DNA from: Rhodanobacteraceae bacterium
Lineage (GTDB): Bacteria; Pseudomonadota; Gammaproteobacteria; Xanthomonadales; Rhodanobacteraceae
DNA: 33,621 nt
Direction: 5' to 3'
Assembly: GCA_043752325.1 (NCBI GenBank)
Contig: JAYUYW010000102.1
Coordinates: 1 to 33,621 of the forward strand
This document shows, one piece after another, positions 21,911 through 29,424 of this stretch. The notes below the pieces were generated by a model. It saw only the letters and a list, made by a program, of their open reading frames with translations, ran no database searches and was not told the origin of the DNA. Within the stretch, counting starts at the first letter, position 1. Each line of letters starts with the position of its first letter. The translations under genes and the position numbers were made by a program.

Positions 21911-21988
21911 TGCTTTGTAAGTGACGGTATTGATTGATTTCCGTTCGTCAGTACAACAACAGTGGATTTCCTTCGGTGCTCGACCATC

Positions 21989-22017
21989 GGTGGATTCGCT
22001 GAGCGGATCCAGCCTAC
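21989..22017 (-). repeat. GTAG-type REP-like palindrome, copy C (inverted partner of B)
   Basis: Minus strand reads GTAGGCTGGATCCGCTCAGCGAATCCACC (29 nt); its TAG is the sbcB stop codon. Confidence 0.75.
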
Positions 22018-23447
22018 AGCGTTGCTTTTATCTCGTGGCCCCAAGACTCCAGCTGATCGATTAGTTCGAGCTTCGGGGCGTTGGCGGGATCGTCGCGGAG
22101 TTCCTGCAGGCGCTGGAAATATTCGTCCAATGTCAGCGTGGTCAGCGGTGTTGATGTGGTCAAACGAGTGCGCCGATATTCTTCCCAGCGTGCTTGCTCA
22201 GCGTCGCTCAGAAGTTCGGGCCAGTTACGCGCTCTATAGCGAAACAGCAATTCCGGATAGCGTGGATCGCTGAAGCGCCATTCTCGTTGTGCCAGTTGCT
22301 CTGACGGGCAAGCGCGGACCGCTTGCAGCTGGCGACGATCGCCATCGGGCAGGAAGCCGGAGTAGAGGGATAGTTCCGGATCGGTGGTCGGTTCAAACGG
22401 CGGCGCATGGCCGAACACGCTGCGCACTTTTTCAGCCAATCCATCGGCCGCACGCAATCGCTCAAGGTTCGCAAGGCAACGTTCCACGTCCAGACCAAGC
22501 CGTGCGTGATCGACGCCGTTCAAAGTCGCCAGCGGTGCAATCGCCGGTGAGCGATTGGCGTGGATAGCCTTCAAGGGAATTCGCGCGATGCCTTCCGGTA
22601 AATCAGCCTTGGAAACAAACACGCGATCGGCGATGTCCACGGCATCCAGTTCGATCAGTTCGGTGGGGTCGGTCTCCAGATCGACCACGATCACGGCATT
22701 GGGCAAGGTCGGATGTGCCGCCAATGGCGCGATCAGCGCAAGGCAGCCGCGCGCAGCCGGGTAACGCGACGACACATGCACCAGAGGCGTCATTCGCGCC
22801 ACGTTGATCAGCTCGAACACGCGCTGCTTTCGGCGCAACGCAAAGTAGAAGTCAAACAGCTTGGGTTGGCGAACCCGGATCAGTCGCGCCAACGCGATCA
22901 AGGCACGCACATCGGACAGCGCATCGTGGGCACGTTGCTGGTCGAGATGATTGGCGCGCGCCAGATGCTCAAGCCTGAAACTGGCAGAGCCATCTTCACG
23001 CAATGGCCACTCGATACCCTCCGGCCGCATCGCGTAGCACATGCGGGCGAGGTCGATCAGGTCCCAGCGAGAATTGCCGTCCTTCCACTCGCGTTGATAG
23101 GGATCGTGGAAATTTCGATAGAGCAGGTGACGGGTGAACTCGTCATCAAAACGCAAAGAGTTGTAGCCAACGCCGCAGGAACCGGGCTGTGAAAACTCGT
23201 CGTTGACACGTGCAGCGAACTCACTTTCGATCAGGCCGTCACGCTGCATTTGTTGCGGCGTAATGCCGGTGATCATCACCGCGTCGGGATGCGGCAAGCC
23301 GTCGCTGGCGGGCTGGCAGAAGATTTCGATCGGCTCACCGATGATTTCGAGATCCATCGTCGTGCGGATCGCTGCGAACTGCGACGGGCGATCGCGGCGC
23401 GAGTCGGCGCCAGTGGTTTCGTAGTCGTGCCACAAAAAAGTGTTCAC
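22014..23447 (-). CDS. sbcB: Exodeoxyribonuclease I
   Basis: TFLWHDYETTG, DRPSQFAAIRT, GYNSLRFDDE, AHDALSDV, FRYRARNWP; GAGGA RBS 8 nt before GTG 23447. Confidence 0.96.
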   Translation of the reverse strand: MNTFLWHDYETTGADSRRDRPSQFAAIRTTMDLEIIGEPIEIFCQPASDGLPHPDAVMITGITPQQMQRDGLIESEFAARVNDEFSQPGSCGVGYNSLRFDDEFTRHLLYRNFHDPYQREWKDGNSRWDLIDLARMCYAMRPEGIEWPLREDGSASFRLEHLARANHLDQQRAHDALSDVRALIALARLIRVRQPKLFDFYFALRRKQRVFELINVARMTPLVHVSSRYPAARGCLALIAPLAAHPTLPNAVIVVDLETDPTELIELDAVDIADRVFVSKADLPEGIARIPLKAIHANRSPAIAPLATLNGVDHARLGLDVERCLANLERLRAADGLAEKVRSVFGHAPPFEPTTDPELSLYSGFLPDGDRRQLQAVRACPSEQLAQREWRFSDPRYPELLFRYRARNWPELLSDAEQARWEEYRRTRLTTSTPLTTLTLDEYFQRLQELRDDPANAPKLELIDQLESWGHEIKATL

Positions 23448-23516
23448 GCTTTCATTCCTCGCTGCCGTCAATGGCGAAGGGCACAATAGCGCAAGGACAA
23501 CGATGGGACTCACACG

Positions 23517-24089
23517 ATGACTAGCAGCGGCGGCGGCAACCTGATCTGGATCGACCTGGAGATGACCGGACTGGATCCCGACACCGATTCCATCATCGAG
23601 ATCGCCACCGTCGTCACCGATTGCCAACTTAATGTGCTCGCTGAAGGCCCGGAGTTTGCCATCCATCATCCCGCGTCGCGGCTGGAGGTCATGGACGACT
23701 GGAACCGCAACCAGCATCGCCGGTCTGGCCTCTGGAAGCGCGTGGTTGACACGGATATCACGATCGGCGTCGCCGAGGCACGCACCGTCGAATTCCTTGC
23801 CAAGTGGATTGATGTCGGCGAGTCGCCCATGTGCGGTAACTCCATTTGCCAGGATCGTCGCTTTCTCTGCCGACTGATGCCGCGACTGGAACGCTACTTC
23901 CACTATAGAAACCTGGACGTCTCCACCATCAAGGAACTCGCTCGGCGTTGGTCACCGGAAGTCGCGCAGGGCTTCAGCAAAACATCGGCTCATACCGCAC
24001 TCAGCGATGTGCACGATTCGATTGCCGAACTGGCGTATTACCGACCCTTCCTCGGCCGCTTGTCGGGACTCGATCGACCGACGAGCTGA
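23517..24089 (+). CDS. orn: Oligoribonuclease
   Basis: [50 protein letters not shown]. Confidence 0.97.
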   Translation: MTSSGGGNLIWIDLEMTGLDPDTDSIIEIATVVTDCQLNVLAEGPEFAIHHPASRLEVMDDWNRNQHRRSGLWKRVVDTDITIGVAEARTVEFLAKWIDVGESPMCGNSICQDRRFLCRLMPRLERYFHYRNLDVSTIKELARRWSPEVAQGFSKTSAHTALSDVHDSIAELAYYRPFLGRLSGLDRPTS

Positions 24090-24098
24090 CCGCGTTCG

Positions 24099-24974
24099 TC
24101 AGCGCCAGGTCGTCTGTGCACTGATAATCGTATTGGTCTTGCCGCCAACCCACACGCCACCATTTCGAAAGTCGATCCTGATCGCCGCATCGTGGCCAAT
24201 TTCGCGGCCTTGGCTGACCCGGTAACCGCGCGTCAGCGGGTCGTCGGGGGCGGCAACCTCGATATATGCGGCGATCAAGCCGTTGGCCGCGCCTGAGGCG
24301 GGATCTTCGACGATGCCAACGCCAGCGGGAAATGCCCGTACCACCAAGTCATGGTCGCTGCTGTCGCTGCGGGCGAACACGCACAGGCCCATGCTCTGGG
24401 TCGCCTCTGCGAGTTCGCCGATGAGCGCATGGTCAGGCCGCCATGCGCGCAATTCCGCTTCGTCTGCGAGTTCTGCAAGCCACCAGCGACGCCCGCCTTC
24501 GACGAAAGCAGGGGGCAAATTTCCCAGCGCCACATCGGCAAACAGGCCGCGTAAACGAGGCTCGTTGTCCAAGCCTGTTTGCAATACCCGCCCCGCTGGC
24601 GACTGCACAAACAGATCGCGCTCTCCCTCCACACCTTCGCTGCGTATTTCGAGCAGCCCTGCCGCGCACTCCTGCACCAGCAAGCCGTCGCGCGCCTCGG
24701 CGATGCAGCACTGCAGCACGGCGTGCGCGCTGCCGACGCTGGGGTGTCCCGCAAACGCGATCTCGCGTGTTGGCGTGAAGATACGGACTCGATAACTTGC
24801 TGACTGGTCGATTGGCGGCAGCAGGAACGTTGTTTCGACCAGATTCGTCCAGCACGCATACGACTGCATTTGTTCAGCACTCCAGCCATCCGCATCGACC
24901 ACCACCCCTAGCGGGTTTCCACCGCCCATCGTGCGGGCGAAAACATCCAGTTGCAGATAGCGTGAAACGAGCAT
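24099..24974 (-). CDS. PhzF-family isomerase/epimerase
   Basis: QLDVF...GGNPLGVV, ETTF, RIFTPTREIAFAGHP, EDPASGAANG, SQGREIG. Confidence 0.92.
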   Translation of the reverse strand: MLVSRYLQLDVFARTMGGGNPLGVVVDADGWSAEQMQSYACWTNLVETTFLLPPIDQSASYRVRIFTPTREIAFAGHPSVGSAHAVLQCCIAEARDGLLVQECAAGLLEIRSEGVEGERDLFVQSPAGRVLQTGLDNEPRLRGLFADVALGNLPPAFVEGGRRWWLAELADEAELRAWRPDHALIGELAEATQSMGLCVFARSDSSDHDLVVRAFPAGVGIVEDPASGAANGLIAAYIEVAAPDDPLTRGYRVSQGREIGHDAAIRIDFRNGGVWVGGKTNTIISAQTTWR

Positions 24975-25098
24975 GGCAGGGTAGCGTCGACGTGGCCGCG
25001 CAGTTTAGCAATGCACTCGCAGGCGTCTTGGATCATTACGTCGCAGGTCATCGAGAGCCGCCTACGGCTCCTTTCCTGCTCCATCCACCCCGACTGAC

Positions 25099-25128
25099 TT
25101 GCCGAACTCTTGTGTCACGCCGTACGCT
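25099..25128 (+). promoter_or_regulatory. Putative sigma70 promoter of tRNA-Gly
   Basis: TTGCCG - 18 nt - TACGCT, about 40 nt upstream of the tRNA. Confidence 0.45.
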
Positions 25129-25169
25129 AGGCGAAGGTTCGGCACGCAGGTGCCGACCAGCTCACATGA

Positions 25170-25243
25170 GCGGGTGTCGTCTAGTGGCAAGACAGCAGCT
25201 TCCCAAGCTGCGAACGTGGGTCCGATTCCCATCACCCGCTCCA
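25170..25243 (+). tRNA. tRNA-Gly (anticodon CCC)
   Basis: 74-nt cloverleaf: acceptor GCGGGTG/CACCCGC, D-stem GTCT/AGAC, anticodon arm GCAGC-TTCCCAA-GCTGC, T-arm GTGGG-TCCGATT-CCCAT, U discriminator, encoded CCA. Confidence 0.95.
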
Positions 25244-25294
25244 ACGCCCTTCTTCGAAATTTGGAAAGGCTTCAGTCGGCGGCACACTTCGCGA

Positions 25295-27376
25295 TCAGAA
25301 AAACGCACGCAGTCCAATGGTGATATTGCGGCCAGGCAGCGGTGCCTGCGCCTTTATGAGAGACGTGGCCAGGCGCTGGGTCTGGTTGGTCAAGTTGTTG
25401 GCATCAAGGAAGGCGGTGATTTCGGTGCGGTCGTTGCTGAAGAGGCTGCGTTCGATGTGCGCGGTGACTGAGGTGAAACCGGAGGTATCGGTTTCGAGGT
25501 CTGCCGCGTTGTCCTGCTTGAAGTAGCGCACCACGCCGACGCTGGCGCGCCAGTTGTCGTTTTTCCAGAGCAGTGCGGTGCCGAAACGGCCTGCGGGGAT
25601 GCGAGGCAGGTTGCCGCCATCGATCAGGGTCGCGCGAACACTGTCGCCCCAAACGCGCAGGTCGTAGTGGCCGTTGCTGCCAGTGCCGAGGTGGAAAGTG
25701 GCTTCCGCCTCGAAGCCACGGAAACGCGAATCGGCTGCAGTCCAGACGCGCACCGGCAAGTCGTCCTCCTCCAGCCCGGTATCGGCGAGATAAATGAAGT
25801 CATTGAAGCGGTTGTAGTAGGTGGCGATTTTTGCGTCAACGAAATCGCTGTGATAGTGAAGTCCGATCTCGGCTTGCTGGGCGGTTTCAACGTCCAGATT
25901 CGAATCACCTACCTCGAAAGTGGAGGATGCGAGATGAGGACCATTGGCGAACAGTTCCTCCTCGGCTGGCGCCCGCTCGGCGCGATCCAGGTTGAAACTC
26001 AAATGCCAGTTGTTGTCGAATCGCCACGCCGCGCCGGCGGAAAGGCTGATTGGCGTGAAGCTTCGCTCGCTGTCGTTGTCGGGCTCGCTGCTTTGCCGAT
26101 CGGTGCGAGCGCCAAGTTCCACTTTCAGCGGACCAAATTCCTTTTGCTCGATAAGGAAAACGCCGATCCCTTTGCTCGATGTTGGCGGCACGAAGCTCTC
26201 TTCGCCGATCGCGGCGAAATCGCGGTTGAAAAATTGAAAGCCGAACGCACCCGACCAACCGCCGATCGGCGAATGGGTTGCCTGAAAACGACCCTCGTTG
26301 GACTGGTTGATAAACGTGGTGCCTACTTCCTCTCCTTCAAACTCGATGTGCTCGTAGTCGGAATGGCGGAAGCTGGCGTCAATGCGATCAAGTCCATTGA
26401 CGGGGGTGATGAAGCCGCCCTTCAGATCGTATCGCGTTTGCTCCATGCCGATCCGGACCGCAGGTTCCCCCTCTTCCGGATCACCAGGCTCTGCAGGGTT
26501 GCCGTAGTTGTTGAGATAGCGGGAAAGGGAAAGGCCAAGAAAGCCCCAGTCGCCCAGAACCGATCCGCCGACCGCGCCGGATTTGGTGCGAACGAAACTG
26601 TTCGCCAACGTGCCGCCGGGAATCTCGTAGTTGTCTTCGTCACGATCAAGGCCGTCGAAGTGCAGCGCAAAGTTCTCGTTACCGGCATCGACACGAAACA
26701 TGCCCGTGCGACCGTCAGATCCGCGGTCGTAATTGACCTGCGCGCGTCCGCTGAACCCGTTGAGCGGTGCTCGTTCTGGAATACGCCCATCTATCGCGTT
26801 GACAACGCCGCCGATCGCTCCTGATCCGTAGAGCAAGGTCGAAGGGCCTTTCAGAATTTCAATTTGCTCGGCCAGGAATGGCTCGATCGTCGTTGCGTGG
26901 TCCTGGCTGACATTGGAGACATCGGAAGAGCCCAAGCCATCGCCGAGGACCGCCACACGCGAACCGTCCAGTCCACGAATCACCGGCCGGCCTACACCGT
27001 TGCCGAAGGATGTGGTTTGCACACCCGGAATACCGGAGACCGTCTGCCCAATCGTTCCCGAGCGCGCATCGTCCAGCGCCGCGCCTGCCAGTACGCTGAC
27101 CGGCGTGACGATCTGGTCGCCGGTCTGCCGAAACGGCACCGACAGGACCACAATTTCCCTCAGCGTCTCCGGCGAATCTGGACGTTCGCCTGATGGTCCC
27201 GTCGTGTCGTCACCACTTTGCGGGTCGGCCGGCATGGTGCCTTGGGCGTCGGTGTCCAACATCGAGGACTCGTTATTGGCCGGATCTGCAGCGGGAGCGA
27301 CAGCGTGAACGAATGTTGGCTGGAAGATCGCAAAAAGCGAGGCACTGATGGCGACGGACAAGAGGGGGCGATTCAT
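25295..27376 (-). CDS. TonB-dependent receptor, ZnuD-like
   Basis: Signal peptide from MNRPLL (27376), TonB-box-like EIVVLS, plug GRPVIRGLDGSRV...SQDHA...IEILKGPSTLLYGSGAIGGVVN, ELFANGPHLA motif, C-terminal PLPGRN...FF. Confidence 0.9.
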   Translation of the reverse strand: MNRPLLSVAISASLFAIFQPTFVHAVAPAADPANNESSMLDTDAQGTMPADPQSGDDTTGPSGERPDSPETLREIVVLSVPFRQTGDQIVTPVSVLAGAALDDARSGTIGQTVSGIPGVQTTSFGNGVGRPVIRGLDGSRVAVLGDGLGSSDVSNVSQDHATTIEPFLAEQIEILKGPSTLLYGSGAIGGVVNAIDGRIPERAPLNGFSGRAQVNYDRGSDGRTGMFRVDAGNENFALHFDGLDRDEDNYEIPGGTLANSFVRTKSGAVGGSVLGDWGFLGLSLSRYLNNYGNPAEPGDPEEGEPAVRIGMEQTRYDLKGGFITPVNGLDRIDASFRHSDYEHIEFEGEEVGTTFINQSNEGRFQATHSPIGGWSGAFGFQFFNRDFAAIGEESFVPPTSSKGIGVFLIEQKEFGPLKVELGARTDRQSSEPDNDSERSFTPISLSAGAAWRFDNNWHLSFNLDRAERAPAEEELFANGPHLASSTFEVGDSNLDVETAQQAEIGLHYHSDFVDAKIATYYNRFNDFIYLADTGLEEDDLPVRVWTAADSRFRGFEAEATFHLGTGSNGHYDLRVWGDSVRATLIDGGNLPRIPAGRFGTALLWKNDNWRASVGVVRYFKQDNAADLETDTSGFTSVTAHIERSLFSNDRTEITAFLDANNLTNQTQRLATSLIKAQAPLPGRNITIGLRAFF

Positions 27377-27408
27377 AGGTGGGTCAATCCTGATGATATG
27401 ATGAGACG

Positions 27409-27422
27409 AATGATATAACATT
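27409..27422. promoter_or_regulatory. Degenerate Zur-box-like site upstream of the TonB receptor
   Basis: AATGATATAACATT; one half (TATAACATT) matches the Zur consensus and the element is a near-palindrome in a GC-rich background. Confidence 0.55.
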
Positions 27423-27551
27423 GCAATAAGAATTCGTCGAGCGTGTCAGAGGTCAGGTCGCCGGATTTCAACGCCGCTAACCGATCCTCCACACTCGCGT
27501 TATGCCGGCGCTGCAATTGGCAAGTCAATTCGTTCAGCCACCTACCGCAAT

Positions 27552-27566
27552 TGTTATGTTATAACA
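27552..27566. promoter_or_regulatory. Zur box overlapping the extended -10 of the MerC-domain gene
   Basis: TGTTATG-T-TATAACA, one mismatch from TGTTATA-N-TATAACA; contains TGtTATAAC. Confidence 0.75.
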
Positions 27567-27572
27567 CCATCC

Positions 27573-28004
27573 ATGCCAGTCTCCAAACATTCCAACAAGC
27601 CCTCGCTTGCGGACCGCTTCGGTGCGACCGCATCGTTCCTGTGCGCATTGCATTGCGCGCTGTTGCCGGTGTTCTTCGCTGCCTTGCCGGCGCTGGGCTT
27701 GTCGTTCCTTGCCGACCACGCCTTAGAGCGCGCTTTCGTTGGGTTCTCGGTAGCGTTGGCGATAACATCTCTGGTGTTCGGCTTTCGCCGACATCGTCGC
27801 TTTGCAGCGTTCGTCCTCATGATCCCCGGCGTCGTGCTGTTGCTGATTGGCGTGCTGGTCAACGTCGATCACACCAATCTCAGCCACGCCGTCCTGGTCA
27901 GCATGGGCGGAGTTCTGGTGATGTGTGCGCACATCGCGAACTTGCGGCTGGCTCATGCGCACACGCACAGCGCAGCGTGCGCTTGCCCACCAGCGTTGCA
28001 TTGA
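27573..28004 (+). CDS. MerC-domain membrane protein
   Basis: DRFGATASFLCALHCALLP motif, about four TM segments, GFRRH loop, AHIAN, His/Cys tail HAHTHSAACAC. Confidence 0.85.
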   Translation: MPVSKHSNKPSLADRFGATASFLCALHCALLPVFFAALPALGLSFLADHALERAFVGFSVALAITSLVFGFRRHRRFAAFVLMIPGVVLLLIGVLVNVDHTNLSHAVLVSMGGVLVMCAHIANLRLAHAHTHSAACACPPALH

Positions 28005-28125
28005 CCGACCGCTGAGACGAGCGGCGAAGATCGCCGCTGGTAATGCCGGAGTTGGCCAATCGCACCGACGGATTGCTGCGGTGATTGTGTAACGACCGCG
28101 CCGCTGACTAGGATGCGTGGCCATC

Positions 28126-29085
28126 ATGTCAAACCACGACCACGATCATCACGGCCATAGCCACGCTGCGATCGATGACGAGAGTCGCTCGCATGGCGCC
28201 GTGTTTGTCGATGATTCTAAGCGCACCCGACGCTTGCTGATTGCATTCGTGCTGACCTTGATCACGATGGTCGCGGAAGCGGTAGGCGGCTGGTTGTCGG
28301 GCTCATTGGCGTTGATCGCTGATGCGGCGCACATGCTGGTCGACTCGGCGGCCTTGATGTTCGCTTGGCTAGGAGCATTATTCGCCCGCCGTCCAGCCGA
28401 TGCGCGGCGATCGTTTGGTTATGTCAGGCTGGAGATATTGGTCGGCTATACCAACGCGTTGAGCCAGCTGATCCTGGTCGCGTGGATCTGCATCGAAGCC
28501 GTAACGCGCTTCAGCAATCCGCAGCCAATCCTGTCGGGAATGATGCTCGGCGTGGCTGCAGTTGGCCTGGTCGTCAACGCGGCCGTTCTAATGACATTGG
28601 GTGGCCACGATCACGACGACGTCAATACCGCAGGTGCCCGATTGCATGTGATTGGAGACTTGCTCGGATCGGTCGGCGTTGTAGCGGCAGCGTTGCTGAT
28701 TCGCTGGATGGATTGGCTCTGGGCCGATCCGGCGATTTCTATCATTGTGTCGCTGTTGATACTCAACAGCGCCTTGCGCTTGTTGGCGCGCTGCGCGCAT
28801 ATCCTTTTGGAAGGCACGCCGGACGGGGTTGAGGTCGAGGAAATCGCCTCGACACTTCGTGATTCCGTGGCGGGCGTCAGCGACGTGCATCACCTGCATG
28901 TCTGGCAACTCGCCGGCGGCAGCCGCATCGCTACCTTGCATGTTCGTCTTGACGGCAGCGTCCTGCCTGACCCGACCATCGTCGCGATCCAGGCCATTCT
29001 GCGTGGGCAATTCCGGATTGGTCATTCCACCGTGCAGATCGAAGGTTTCGATAGCGTGGAAGCCGATTGCAGCGATTGCCGTTGA
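28126..29085 (+). CDS. Cation diffusion facilitator Zn/Co/Cd exporter (CzcD/ZitB-like)
   Basis: His-rich N-terminus HDHDHHGHSH, SGSLALIADAAHMLVD, SFGYVRLE, LHVIGDLLGS, DVHHLHVW, HSTVQIE. Alternative start GTG 28117. Confidence 0.95.
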   Translation: MSNHDHDHHGHSHAAIDDESRSHGAVFVDDSKRTRRLLIAFVLTLITMVAEAVGGWLSGSLALIADAAHMLVDSAALMFAWLGALFARRPADARRSFGYVRLEILVGYTNALSQLILVAWICIEAVTRFSNPQPILSGMMLGVAAVGLVVNAAVLMTLGGHDHDDVNTAGARLHVIGDLLGSVGVVAAALLIRWMDWLWADPAISIIVSLLILNSALRLLARCAHILLEGTPDGVEVEEIASTLRDSVAGVSDVHHLHVWQLAGGSRIATLHVRLDGSVLPDPTIVAIQAILRGQFRIGHSTVQIEGFDSVEADCSDCR

Positions 29086-29135
29086 TTTTTCGGTGAAGTC
29101 GACTGGTTCTATTACCATGCAGCGTTGCCGCTGAC

Positions 29136-29163
29136 TTGCGCTTTGGCGGTGCGCTGTTATCCT
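29136..29163 (+). promoter_or_regulatory. Putative promoter of thx
   Basis: TTGCGC - 16 nt - TATCCT with a TGn extension; GAGGA RBS at 29191-29195. Confidence 0.45.
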
Positions 29164-29199
29164 GCGCGGCTGTTTGTACACTGAATTATCGAGGAAGTT

Positions 29200-29394
29200 A
29201 TGGGACGTGGTGACCGCAAGACCCGCAAGGGCAAGATTGCAATCCGCAGCTACGGCAATGTCCGTCCGCATGCCGAGAAGTCCAGCGACAAGGCTGTCGC
29301 GAGTACGCCAGCTCGGAAGAGCGCCAGCGCGGCTGCCAAGCCTGCCGTGAAGAAGGCTGCGGCAAAGAAGACCGCCGTCAAGAAGTCGGCCTGA
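29200..29394 (+). CDS. thx: 30S ribosomal protein Thx (bTHX/S31) with an Ala/Lys-rich tail
   Basis: MGRGDRKTRKGKIAIRSYGNVRP matches the Thx N-terminal signature; strong RBS. Confidence 0.88.
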   Translation: MGRGDRKTRKGKIAIRSYGNVRPHAEKSSDKAVASTPARKSASAAAKPAVKKAAAKKTAVKKSA

Positions 29395-29403
29395 TTCTCG
29401 CCA

Positions 29404-29424
29404 GATCAGCCGCCTGGGCTGATC
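29404..29424. terminator. Hairpin between convergent thx and hutI
   Basis: GATCAGCC-GCCTG-GGCTGATC; no clear U-tract. Confidence 0.45.

Noticed and set aside
23444-23455. Minus-strand mini-ORF ATG-AAA-GCG-TGA overlapping the sbcB start
   Set aside because: The GAGGA directly abuts this ATG but is well spaced for the GTG, so it is most likely chance.
23448-23903. Extension of the sbcB ORF to 629 aa, suggesting a fusion
   Set aside because: It is mostly the antisense of orn, and a good RBS precedes GTG 23447, where ExoI similarity begins.
24099-24974. Phenazine biosynthesis cluster
   Set aside because: A stand-alone PhzF-family gene with no other phz genes; such orphans are common.
27377-27421. 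His-containing leader MLYHSSHHII on the TonB receptor
   Set aside because: That ATG lies inside the putative Zur/promoter element and would displace the signal peptide; 27376 is the better start.
27573-28004. Mercury-resistance operon
   Set aside because: No merR, merT, merP or merA; the upstream motif and neighbours point to zinc.
29171-29180. TGTTTGTACA resembling a HutC operator
   Set aside because: It has one mismatch, is short, and lies upstream of thx at the 3' end of hutI rather than in the hut promoter region.
25244-29400. Genomic island integrated at tRNA-Gly
   Set aside because: I found no integrase, no duplicated tRNA 3' end and no evident compositional shift.
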